Below, piece after piece: positions 29,142-37,598 of a stretch of 47,801 nucleotides of DNA. How positions within the stretch are numbered: position 1 is the stretch's first letter; each line of letters starts with the position of its first letter. Both the position numbers and the translations under genes were made by a program. This DNA is from Anaerolineaceae bacterium (GTDB lineage Bacteria; Chloroflexota; Anaerolineae; Anaerolineales; Anaerolineaceae). Under the pieces are notes generated by a model. It saw only the letters and a list, made by a program, of their open reading frames with translations. It ran no database searches and was not told where the DNA came from. The stretch covers positions 1-47,801 of the forward strand of contig DAONEZ010000001.1 in NCBI GenBank assembly GCA_035403345.1. Direction: 5' to 3'.

Positions 29142-29318
29142 TTTTTATCAACATCCTTATATAAATCTATTACTGCTCAGGTATGGTTGATAGCCTGACC
29201 AGGAGTATTTCGTCGAGATAAAAAAATACCGTATCCCTTCTATTAATTCCTCGTCATTAATTATGACTCAATCAGGTAACGAACCTGGTTTCCCGAATTA
29301 ATGATAATAGGAGGTAAG

Positions 29319-30008
29319 ATGAAACGCACAATTGTATTTGCCACCGTTTTGACGGTCATTGTCCTGCTGGTCTCAGCCTTCGCTATCCCTGTGAAACAGG
29401 TGTCCGCCGCGGCTCAGGTCGGGGGCTCTAATTACATTCCCACGCCGCTCGCTCCAGTGAACATGATCATGACCACCACGCCTGAGTACAAATGGACCAG
29501 GGTAGAAAATGCCACCCAGTATCGTTTCAGGGTCTTCGAAGGCACAAATACTCAAGCCAAATTTACCAGGACCGTAATGGCCCAAAACTGCTACTCAACC
29601 TATTGCGCAGTCACTCCCGGAAATAAGCTCGAATCAAAGAAGTACCAGTGGCAGGTGCAGGCTTATGTCAACGGTCAATGGAGGGGGTATTCCAACCGCA
29701 AGCATTTCAGCATTGTTGTTCCTGTCCCGCTTGAACCGGCAGGGATCATCAACGACAACACCCCGACATTTGCTTGGACTGTAGTCGAGGGAGCCTCCCA
29801 ATACCGCTTCCAGGTGTTCAAAGCCGGAACAACCATGGTGTACTACAAGAATATCGTTCCTGTTGCTAATTGTGACACGACAAAATGCTCCTTCACCATC
29901 ACCAAGGAACTCCCCGAAGGGAAGTACCGCTGGAAAGTTCAGGCATTTATCGGGACCGACTGGAGGCCCTATTCCATCCTGAAATACTTCACGGTCGATA
30001 TGGATTAA
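29319..30008 (+). CDS. secreted protein made of two tandem copies of the ~90-aa C-x4-C module found at the N-termini of the 40.8-47.8 kb array
   Basis: Start ATG 29319 after AGGAGGTAAG. Signal peptide MKRTIVFATVLTVIVLLVSAFA. Module 1: TPEYKWTRVENATQYRFRVF...CYSTYC...YQWQVQA. Module 2: TPTFAWTVVEGASQYRFQVF...CDTTKC...YRWKVQA. Confidence 0.8.
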   Translation: MKRTIVFATVLTVIVLLVSAFAIPVKQVSAAAQVGGSNYIPTPLAPVNMIMTTTPEYKWTRVENATQYRFRVFEGTNTQAKFTRTVMAQNCYSTYCAVTPGNKLESKKYQWQVQAYVNGQWRGYSNRKHFSIVVPVPLEPAGIINDNTPTFAWTVVEGASQYRFQVFKAGTTMVYYKNIVPVANCDTTKCSFTITKELPEGKYRWKVQAFIGTDWRPYSILKYFTVDMD

Positions 30009-30032
30009 CTGGATTGCTTACATGGGGACTGT

Positions 30033-30067
30033 TGCAGGGTGCAGATTTGCACCCTGCATTGTTTTTT
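30033..30067 (+). terminator. rho-independent terminator
   Basis: TGCAGGGTGCA-gatt-TGCACCCTGCA followed by TTGTTTTTT. Confidence 0.85.
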
Positions 30068-30083
30068 ATCGGATTTCAAAACT

Positions 30084-30545
30084 TCAGGTCCTGGGCAGCA
30101 GGTAATCCAACACAGCTTTCCAATCCTTAAACTTGTCTGACCCGAATTTGATCAACTCACCCCGGAAATCCTTCGCCTTATCCTTGAAGTCATCGTCCAC
30201 CAGGAAATCCCCCATGTTTAGTTCCTTATGAGGTGTCAGGATCAAACGCTTGTGCGCTTCAGGCTCCAAATAGCGCTGCACCCAGAGTAACTTGTCCGAC
30301 CAGGCAGTCGGATTCTTCCAGGGGGCAGTCGACAGGATATAAGTATCGAAGTGATCTGACAGGGTTTTATACGCCTCAATGGCTCCTGGCATAGGATCCA
30401 TCAGGGCAAAAATACCGGGGATCTCATCTTCCTTGCCGCGCTCAATAAAATCTGCATAGATTGGTGAGACCCGTTTCAATCCGGACTTAAAATCCACCAG
30501 GGTATTATCCATGTCGATATACAAGATCTTCCGCTTTTCATTCAT
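30084..30545 (-). CDS. HAD-superfamily 5'(3')-deoxyribonucleotidase-like phosphatase
   Basis: 153 aa. Motif I YIDMDNTLVDF. Size and pattern typical of the NT5C/YorS family. Confidence 0.75.
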   Translation of the reverse strand: MNEKRKILYIDMDNTLVDFKSGLKRVSPIYADFIERGKEDEIPGIFALMDPMPGAIEAYKTLSDHFDTYILSTAPWKNPTAWSDKLLWVQRYLEPEAHKRLILTPHKELNMGDFLVDDDFKDKAKDFRGELIKFGSDKFKDWKAVLDYLLPRT

Positions 30546-30560
30546 AATTCCCTCCTCATA

Positions 30561-31565
30561 TTATTTTACCGCATACGCCCTTTCGATCGTACCTCCGGGC
30601 AGGAAGTTACTATTGAAATAGACCAGCGCTTGGGCGCGGTTGCCCGCGCTCTCCTGCGCATCGCAGATCACCTCGCCGAACAACGCCAGGTCAATAATGG
30701 CGCGCTCAAAGCGGTAATATGCCAGAGCTTCGCGATCCACCTGCACGTCGCCGTACCCATGCATGAACAAGCGCTCTTCCTCTTCTGGCGTGTGTCCGCG
30801 GAAGCCCTGCGCGCCGCCCGGGAACATCAGGTCACGTTCCCTGGGCGCTAACACGGGGTCGTCCCAATCGAGGATGAACAACCTGCCGCTGCCATTCTCG
30901 ATAAACACGTTGCCGGCATGCAAGTCAGCGTGACACAGCACGAACTCACACGGAGTATCACGCAGGCGCTGCGCCAGGTGCCCAGTCCGCTTGAGTACAT
31001 CCTTCAGCAAGCCGGAATGTCCACGCAGGCTCTCCTCCATCTGTATGAGGATTGGATCACCTGAGTCCATACGATCTGCCCGTTCCAGCAATCCGGTCAG
31101 GAACTGCCGGTAACGCAGGGAATAGTCGTCACACGGGATCTGCTTCCGCAAGGCATCCGGCAGGCTGAGGTCATGCGCCTTGCGAATGGTTTGCCCCAAC
31201 TCGATCCAGTTTTCATCGCTCAGGGCAATCTCGTAGCCATCCCTGCCACCCACAAACGGCAGGACGATGAGCTTCACCTCCCCCAGGTCTGCCCAAGGGC
31301 TGCCAGAGCGGGTCAGCCGCGGCGCGATCACCTGTTGGAAGCCCTGCAAATTGAGGTAATGCGGAAGGTGAACAGAAAAGGGAGAGAAGTTCCTCAACCT
31401 CAGCTTGACAAAGACCGATTCACCATCCTGCGAAATGGCTTGATAGACCGCGGTGTTAGCATCCGCGCCCAGCGGCAGGAAGGTCAGTACCTGTGCTTGA
31501 ATATCAAAATGCTGCTCCAGGCCGGCCAGGATGCGCGCGTCAGGGTAATCCGGTCGTTCAAGCAT
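30561..31565 (-). CDS. phosphotransferase-family kinase (APH/choline-kinase-like)
   Basis: Catalytic loop LCHADLHAGNVF and FILDWDD. Start ambiguous: ATG 31565 avoids overlap with the upstream gene, whereas the track start 31610 is a TTG. Confidence 0.8.
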   Translation of the reverse strand: MLERPDYPDARILAGLEQHFDIQAQVLTFLPLGADANTAVYQAISQDGESVFVKLRLRNFSPFSVHLPHYLNLQGFQQVIAPRLTRSGSPWADLGEVKLIVLPFVGGRDGYEIALSDENWIELGQTIRKAHDLSLPDALRKQIPCDDYSLRYRQFLTGLLERADRMDSGDPILIQMEESLRGHSGLLKDVLKRTGHLAQRLRDTPCEFVLCHADLHAGNVFIENGSGRLFILDWDDPVLAPRERDLMFPGGAQGFRGHTPEEEERLFMHGYGDVQVDREALAYYRFERAIIDLALFGEVICDAQESAGNRAQALVYFNSNFLPGGTIERAYAVK

Positions 31566-31575
31566 GGATGACTTG

Positions 31576-31944
31576 TCAGGCTTTTCGCCCCAGGTACCAG
31601 TCGCGGTCAATAAGCAGCAGGATCATGGGAAGAAACACTGCCGCCATCACAGCCAGGTCCACCCAGCCCACGTTATCGAAAAGGATCACCAGGAAGGTGG
31701 CAAAGAGCGCGAGCATGGTCAGGTACCAGGCCGGGCGGACCCGCTTGCGCAACAGCCGCGCGAGCACCACCAGAACAACTGCCGCCAGGATGGAGATCCC
31801 GCCAATACCCCAGCGGTACAGCCCGCCCTCGGGCAACGCGGGGTGCAGCCCCAACAGGATGATCACGCCTAAGATCAGCCACATCAACGCTTCGATCAGT
31901 AGTAGAACCTGGGTGATTCTTACACTTATTGGCAGTTCTTTCAT
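31576..31944 (-). CDS. hypothetical integral membrane protein
   Basis: 122 aa with four hydrophobic helices. Lies 1 nt after the GNAT stop. No family call. Confidence 0.6.
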   Translation of the reverse strand: MKELPISVRITQVLLLIEALMWLILGVIILLGLHPALPEGGLYRWGIGGISILAAVVLVVLARLLRKRVRPAWYLTMLALFATFLVILFDNVGWVDLAVMAAVFLPMILLLIDRDWYLGRKA

Positions 31945-31945
31945 A

Positions 31946-32563
31946 TTATCCTTTCTTGAGAGGTGCCGGGATTTGGTAGCGCATGATGACTTGCGTTTCC
32001 GTCGCGTCCTGCACCTTCACAAACCCGGCTTCGCTGAAGACCGAAGCAATGCCCATGAAACCCTGATAACGGGTTAGTTTCTTTCCCTTTAACAACTCGC
32101 AATCCATATCCAGGGGGTAGGCTTCGACCACCTGCGCTCCATGCGCTGCGGCGTAGTCCACAGCTCCGTGCAGGAGCTGTGCCATCATCCCCGTGCGGCG
32201 GTGTTTACGCTCCACGTAGAAGCACACGATGGACCACACCGGGGTGTCATCCACCCGTTTGAACATTTTGGAGCGCTCCAGTCCGGCGTAGTCCTCGCGC
32301 GGGCCAATCGAGCACCAACCTGCTACCTCACCGTCCTCATACGCCAGCAGCCCAGGAGAAAGCTCATGATCAGTTAGTTCCTGCATCAGCGCCCTGGTGC
32401 CTGCCCCGTGGGTGTGGTTGTATTCCTTAAAGGGCATGCGCCAGAACATGCACCAGCAGCCGGCATATGCTCCGTTGCTGCCAAAGAGTTGCTCCACGTC
32501 GTTCCAGCGCTCAGAAGTAGCCGGGTGAATTTCATATTTGCCAGCTAATAGACCAGCATTCAT
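31946..32563 (-). CDS. GNAT-family N-acetyltransferase
   Basis: 205 aa. Acetyl-CoA-binding region CFYVERKHRRTGMMAQLLHGAVDYAAAHGAQVVEAYP. Confidence 0.75.
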   Translation of the reverse strand: MNAGLLAGKYEIHPATSERWNDVEQLFGSNGAYAGCWCMFWRMPFKEYNHTHGAGTRALMQELTDHELSPGLLAYEDGEVAGWCSIGPREDYAGLERSKMFKRVDDTPVWSIVCFYVERKHRRTGMMAQLLHGAVDYAAAHGAQVVEAYPLDMDCELLKGKKLTRYQGFMGIASVFSEAGFVKVQDATETQVIMRYQIPAPLKKG

Positions 32564-32585
32564 TGTAATCTTCTCCTGATAATGG

Positions 32586-33602
32586 CTATGCGAATGCCAA
32601 TTTCAAGAATTTCAGCGCGCGCAGCGTGACCCACTCGCTGGGTTCGCCTTTCTTCCCATAGCTCAGCCATGTCTTACCGCTGTAATCGTACTCCAACATC
32701 CAACGCCCGTTGGCGTCCTGTTTGGAAAGGATCAAGTCGACCAGTTTCGCCAGGCGCGCATCCCTACCATATCCCAGGGCAGCCAGCGCATGGGCAAGCT
32801 GGAGTAGATCGGTGATGTAGAACACCGGGAAGCCGAACTTCCACCAGGCCCGATTGGGCGGGATGCCCCCCGGCGTGGGATAGGCCGCCGTGGCCGGGTC
32901 AACGCTGAATAGAAACTCCACGCCCTTCTGAATGCCGCGTTCGATCAAGGGCGTGCGCATTTCCAGCGGAACCTTGCCGAAAGCCATCATCACCTTCACC
33001 GCCCCCCAGGCACAGGGTTGACCCCCGTTCGCACCACAGGCAAAGTTGGGGCCGCATTTGTACGCATAGTATTTGACCAGCGCATGTTTCTCCCCAGCTT
33101 GAGCCACGCCCTCCCCCGTCTGGCTGCGTGCCAGCCAGTCAAAGGCTGCGGCCAGGCGCTCGTCCCAATAGCCCAATTCCAGCAGTGCCCAGGTGAGGTT
33201 GCCCTGCAGGCAATCGAAGGTGCCGCCCGAAGCCTTGTTATAGGAAAACCGCCCACCTTCCGCCAGGGCATGATCCAGCATGTAACGGCAGGCCGTCGCG
33301 ATGCGCGCATCGGCTTCAACCGAAGCACCCAGTTGCGCCAGCAGTTGCAGCGCCCACACGCTGGAGCGGTACTTGGGTCCATACCCGGGTCCGGGCTTCT
33401 GCCACCAGCCCTCAGGGTCCATCTGATCGAGGATGTGCGCGATGGGACCGCTTGCATGCGCAGCCTGTCGGACTGCCAGGTACCCGGCTCCGCCCGGCGG
33501 GGTATCCAGCAGGTCCCGCACGGCAGCGTGACGCACCGCTGGCGACTTACTTTCCATCAACCAGGTCAGGCTGTCACCCTTCAAAACGTCAGTCCAGGTC
33601 AT
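32586..33602 (-). CDS. hypothetical protein, possibly alpha/alpha-toroid (prenyltransferase/terpene-cyclase-repeat-like)
   Basis: 338 aa. Repeated aromatic/Gly-rich helical hairpins (GWW, QGNLTWALLELGYWD, DANGRW). Weak family call. Confidence 0.55.
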   Translation of the reverse strand: MTWTDVLKGDSLTWLMESKSPAVRHAAVRDLLDTPPGGAGYLAVRQAAHASGPIAHILDQMDPEGWWQKPGPGYGPKYRSSVWALQLLAQLGASVEADARIATACRYMLDHALAEGGRFSYNKASGGTFDCLQGNLTWALLELGYWDERLAAAFDWLARSQTGEGVAQAGEKHALVKYYAYKCGPNFACGANGGQPCAWGAVKVMMAFGKVPLEMRTPLIERGIQKGVEFLFSVDPATAAYPTPGGIPPNRAWWKFGFPVFYITDLLQLAHALAALGYGRDARLAKLVDLILSKQDANGRWMLEYDYSGKTWLSYGKKGEPSEWVTLRALKFLKLAFA

Positions 33603-33738
33603 AAAGCACCTCCATCACTGATTAAGATTATAGCAATTTGAGCGGCAATTAGAATACCGAGAATTGAGAAATGAGAATAGGCAAAAAAAGCCCGGCATCT
33701 CATATTAAGATACCGGGCGAGTTCAAGAAAGATGATGC

Positions 33739-34737
33739 TTAATTTCCCGGGACGGACTCTTTCCTCAGTGACTTGCGCACAAGCTTGACCAGTTCCACAA
33801 CCGTGTCAACCACGGTCACCACCAGGGCAATGCCGAAGGCAAGGCGGAAGCTTTCCATGCCCAGCACCTGGATGTTTTCAGCAATGTCCTCGCCAAACTT
33901 TACCAGGCTGGGGAACAATCCACTGGAGCCGTGCGCCGCCAGCCAGGCAGTATGCCCCTGGTAAAGCAGGACCAACACGCCGATGCTCAACAGGTTGACT
34001 GCCACCTGGGCGACACGGCTGCCGGTCGTCCAACGCCCCTGCCACAACAAGTACACATTCAATCCGATGCCGGCCAGCAGCGCCAGGATGATCCAGCCCA
34101 TGTATTGTGCGATGACCGGGTCAGGGTAGAACGCGCCGCCCGGGAACGTGATGAAGCCAATTTTGCCGGGGAAAGCCGCCAGCAAGCCCAGGAAAATGCT
34201 GCCAAAAACGATGCCCACGATCTGCTCGGATGGTTTGACTTTTTCATCCTCCTCGAACGCCGGCAAGGTTTTCGGATCCCATGCCTCTTTTTCCTTCAGG
34301 TCGGGATTCACTCCGAAGTGCTGCAGGATGAGGAAAACGATCACCACGGAACCCAGGGCAGCAGGGATGCTATTGACCAGCCCGGCCCAGGCGTTCCAGC
34401 CTGCGGCATGCGCCTCGCCAGCCAACAACCCCACGGCAATCGCAACAAGTTGCCCGCCGATCGTTGCTGCCAGGACGATCAGAGCCACCATCCGGAAGAC
34501 TGGATAGAGCTCCGGTCCGATCAGGTACTGCCGGCCGCCGGTGTAAGAAGCTGCCACCTTTGTGGGTTCCCCGGTCTCCTTGAGCAGCTCTGCTACATCC
34601 TCCTCGCTGGCCTGTCCGCCGAAGCGCTCTTCGAGGGTGTCGTTCAGGTGCGACCGCAGTTCGGCCAGGATGTCCGCGCGGTTCTTCGCGGGCAGGCGGC
34701 GACCCACTGCATGTAAATAACGTTCAACTAGGTTCAT
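33739..34737 (-). CDS. membrane protein with N-terminal HAAS/DUF1700-type domain (PadR-associated sensor/anti-regulator)
   Basis: MNLVERYLHAVGRRLPAKNRADILAELRSHLNDTLEE followed by about 6 TM helices. Lies 12 nt downstream of the PadR gene. Confidence 0.75.
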   Translation of the reverse strand: MNLVERYLHAVGRRLPAKNRADILAELRSHLNDTLEERFGGQASEEDVAELLKETGEPTKVAASYTGGRQYLIGPELYPVFRMVALIVLAATIGGQLVAIAVGLLAGEAHAAGWNAWAGLVNSIPAALGSVVIVFLILQHFGVNPDLKEKEAWDPKTLPAFEEDEKVKPSEQIVGIVFGSIFLGLLAAFPGKIGFITFPGGAFYPDPVIAQYMGWIILALLAGIGLNVYLLWQGRWTTGSRVAQVAVNLLSIGVLVLLYQGHTAWLAAHGSSGLFPSLVKFGEDIAENIQVLGMESFRLAFGIALVVTVVDTVVELVKLVRKSLRKESVPGN

Positions 34738-34749
34738 TCTTTCCTCCGT

Positions 34750-35100
34750 TTACTTTTCAATCTGTTCCAAAAGACTCTGCACCACGCGGCTGAGCTTCTG
34801 CCATTCTCCGGACAAGGAAGCCAATACCTCCCTGCCCTGCGGGCTGATCACGTAGTACCGGCGCGGTCTGGCACCATCCACCACCCAGGAACTCTGCAGT
34901 AATCCCTGGGATTCGAGCCGGCGCAGCATGGGGTACAACGTGCCCTGGTCCATCTCAACCCCGGCCGCGGTCAGATCCCCGATCAAGGCATAGCCGTACT
35001 TGTTTTCCTGCAACATGCACAGCACCGCCAGAGGCAGGGCACCCCGCCTCAACTCCTGTGAAAGATTGTCCAACTGCTCGTTCTGGTTTTGTGTTTTCAT
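34750..35100 (-). CDS. PadR-family transcriptional regulator
   Basis: Trimmed to ATG 35100. Winged-helix core YGYALIGDL...GTLYPMLRRLESQGLLQSSW. Confidence 0.85.
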   Translation of the reverse strand: MKTQNQNEQLDNLSQELRRGALPLAVLCMLQENKYGYALIGDLTAAGVEMDQGTLYPMLRRLESQGLLQSSWVVDGARPRRYYVISPQGREVLASLSGEWQKLSRVVQSLLEQIEK

Positions 35101-35103
35101 GCT

Positions 35104-35135
35104 TACAGTATACTGTATATCACACAATATGTCAA
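35104..35135 (-). promoter_or_regulatory. PadR promoter TTGACA-N17-TATACT with overlapping 14-bp perfect palindrome TACAGTATACTGTA; likely a near-leaderless transcript
   Basis: Minus strand reads TTGACAtattgtgtgatatacagTATACTgtaagcATG. The -10 ends 6 nt before the ATG. Palindrome at 35104..35117. Confidence 0.6.
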
Positions 35136-35171
35136 GTCTTTTAATATACCAATATTCATAATAATTTCAAA

Positions 35172-35209
35172 TATTAAGAAATACAGGGCAGGTAATCTTC
35201 CTGCCCTGT
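35172..35209 (-). terminator. rho-independent terminator after the DUF2202 gene
   Basis: Minus strand: ACAGGGCAGG-aagatta-CCTGCCCTGT followed by ATTTCTTAATATTT. Confidence 0.65.
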
Positions 35210-35234
35210 GCCTGATTCGATAAAATTTTCAGAA

Positions 35235-36044
35235 TTACCTGCCCCGGCCGCGTCCCTGCCCGCCAGCGCGCATGCCGGCTCCTCTGTCCATGGCGGAGTT
35301 TCCGCGCGTCACCTGGGTGGCTGCGTACTCCTCCTCGGTCATGTACTGCGGCTGGTAGGTCGTGCCGGTCTGAACCTGGTAGTTGGTGGCAAAGGCGTTC
35401 AGATGCATGTAGGAAGCCTTACGCAGGTTCTCGAACACAACCTGGATGTCCTGCTGATCAGTCTGTTCCAGGCGCTCATCGAGGTCGAGGATGTCCACTT
35501 CTTCGATGGCCCCGCCCACAAGCAAGGCGTCCTTGAGGGAGGTTTGACCTTTGGCGATCAACTCATCATACAAAGCCTGCAGGTCAGCATTGGTGAAAAC
35601 GCCGGCTTTCGTGGAGGCAGGATCAGCGACGCCATAACGGTCGAGAAGTTCAAGAACCGCATCCGCGTGTACCTGTTCGCTCGCGGCGATCCGCTCGAAT
35701 ACCGCCAGATCCCATTTTTTAGCTAAAACAGTGTACACATCATGGGCCAGCTTTTCTTCCTCGCGCATGTACAGCAGCGCATCCTTCTCTGCCTGGCTCA
35801 ACTCACCCAGGGGGAGATTGTCGATCAGTGACCCGGACTGGTTATAACCCAGGTAGCCGTTTTCAGCGTTGCCGATGGGCGAGCAGTTTCCAAGAGTCCC
35901 TGAAGCTCGTCCGATCCCATTGCCGTACCCATTCCCGGATGTTCCCAGGGAACCAGCCTGAACATTTTCTATTGTGAAAGCGCCAAAAACGAGCAGCACT
36001 GCCAGGCTAACCAATATAGAAACACGAACCATTTTCTTTTTCAT
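35235..36044 (-). CDS. secreted ferritin-like DUF2202-family protein
   Basis: 269 aa. Signal peptide, Gly-rich linker, then LSQAEKDALLYMREEEKLAHDVYTVL...ASEQVHADAV. Gly/Arg-rich tail. Confidence 0.7.
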   Translation of the reverse strand: MKKKMVRVSILVSLAVLLVFGAFTIENVQAGSLGTSGNGYGNGIGRASGTLGNCSPIGNAENGYLGYNQSGSLIDNLPLGELSQAEKDALLYMREEEKLAHDVYTVLAKKWDLAVFERIAASEQVHADAVLELLDRYGVADPASTKAGVFTNADLQALYDELIAKGQTSLKDALLVGGAIEEVDILDLDERLEQTDQQDIQVVFENLRKASYMHLNAFATNYQVQTGTTYQPQYMTEEEYAATQVTRGNSAMDRGAGMRAGGQGRGRGR

Positions 36045-36315
36045 TTTTTCTCCTTGAACTTCTAAATGTTTATTCTTGCCTGTTGTTGCATGTAATATAC
36101 AGGAAACAGAGATTGGATTGGTTTATTTTTGGTAAATCCGGACCTTCTGAATGAACAACTTATCCGCGAATTCGCGCGAATTCTTTGAATTTTTAATTGT
36201 ATTTTTAGTGTCTTTGGTCCTCTTTCGTGGTTTTAGTGTTCTGAACTTAAGATCGATCCACTAATTTCACGAATTTCTCGGATTTTTAAGATCATTTTTA
36301 ATGACTTTCTATAAG

Positions 36316-36398
36316 ATTTTATAAGTGTTTTTCGATTATTTTGTGGTTTTCGTGTTCGGCTCTTGTTCTTTTCAGTATCATCTGTGCTATCTGCGGAC
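36316..36398 (+). repeat. dispersed ~80-bp intergenic element (partner in inverse orientation at 46536..46616)
   Basis: attttataagtgtttttcgattattttgtggttttcgtgttcggctcttgttcttttcagtatcatctgtgctatctgcgga aligns with the reverse complement of 46536..46616 (attttatgtctttcgattttttttccgtggttttcgtgttctggtcttcttctgtgatatctgtgttatctgtgga). Confidence 0.8.
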
Positions 36399-36468
36399 AT
36401 CATTATTATTTCCACCTTTCGCCTGGTGTAAAATCAAAGCGCAAGCATTTTTCCTAAAAAGGACCCTT

Positions 36469-37518
36469 ATGCCCCATCCTCAACATGTTCCCCTGGTTGA
36501 AGTCACGCGCGGCACCGTCGTCGAATCCATCCATTACGGCTCGCTGGCTGTCTGCGATCCACTCGGCAACCTGGTTGCATCGGTAGGCGACCCCGACGCC
36601 GTGGTCTTCCTGCGCTCCTCCTCCAAGCCTTTCCAGGTTCTGCCTCTGGTGGAGCACGGCGGCATGGAGCGCTTAGGGCTGACCGAGCGTGAGTTGGCGG
36701 TCATGTGCGCCTCGCACCACGGCACGGATGAGCACGTGCGCGTCATTACAGGCCTCCAGGCCAAACTGGGAGTCACGCCTGATGATCTGCTGTGCGGCAT
36801 GCACACCCCTAGTGACCCAGCCACGGCCGAGCGCATGCTGCTGAACCACGAACCTAACTCTCCCCTGCGCCATAACTGCTCTGGCAAGCACACCGGCATG
36901 CTGGCGCAGTGCCTGTTGTTCGGTTACCCCACCACGGACTACATCAACCCGGCCCATCCCCTGCAGCAGCGCATCCTGCGCACCTTCAGCGAGATGACGG
37001 ATGTCCCCCTGGAACAGATTGAATTGGGCACCGACGGCTGCTCCGCCCCTGTTTTTGCCGTTCCGCTGCGCGCTGGGGCACTGTCCTTTGCCCGCCTGGC
37101 CGATCCCTCGCTGCTGACTGAGCCGCGCCGCTCTGCCCTGCAGCGCATCTTCAACGCCATGTGCACCAACCCGGACATGGTGGCCGGACCCGGCGCGTTC
37201 GACACGACTTTGATGACCGCCGGAGCCGGCCGCATCCTCACCAAGGGCGGCGCGGAGGGTTACCAGGCTGTGGCGGTGATTCCCGGAGCTTGCGGCGCGG
37301 GCAGCCCGGCCTACGGCATCACCCTCAAGATCTCAGATGGCGACCTGGGCGGCAGCCGCGCGCGCACCACCGCTGCGGTGGAAGCCCTGTATCAACTTGG
37401 TGCTCTTTCCTCTGATCAGCTTGAGAGCCTGAAAGAATACACCCGTCGACCGGTGTATAACTGGCGGCACATCGAAGTAGGCGAAGTGCGTGCCTGTTTC
37501 ACTCTCACAAATCAATAG
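36469..37518 (+). CDS. asparaginase family 2 protein (L-asparaginase II, Rhizobium-type)
   Basis: Trimmed to ATG 36469 (MPHPQHVPLVEVTRGTVVESIHYG...). Motifs RSSSKPFQ, CASHHG and NCSGKHTGML. Confidence 0.85.
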   Translation: MPHPQHVPLVEVTRGTVVESIHYGSLAVCDPLGNLVASVGDPDAVVFLRSSSKPFQVLPLVEHGGMERLGLTERELAVMCASHHGTDEHVRVITGLQAKLGVTPDDLLCGMHTPSDPATAERMLLNHEPNSPLRHNCSGKHTGMLAQCLLFGYPTTDYINPAHPLQQRILRTFSEMTDVPLEQIELGTDGCSAPVFAVPLRAGALSFARLADPSLLTEPRRSALQRIFNAMCTNPDMVAGPGAFDTTLMTAGAGRILTKGGAEGYQAVAVIPGACGAGSPAYGITLKISDGDLGGSRARTTAAVEALYQLGALSSDQLESLKEYTRRPVYNWRHIEVGEVRACFTLTNQ

Positions 37519-37548
37519 AAGATTCAATTACCAGTCTATTTAATAACA

Positions 37549-37583
37549 AAAGATCCCCGCACCGGCGTGGTGCAGGGATCTTC
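37549..37583. terminator. bidirectional hairpin between convergent asparaginase and methyltransferase genes
   Basis: AGATCCCCGCACC-ggcgt-GGTGCAGGGATCT with A-run upstream and T-containing tail downstream. Confidence 0.65.
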
Positions 37584-37598
37584 AAGTATCTACTTATG

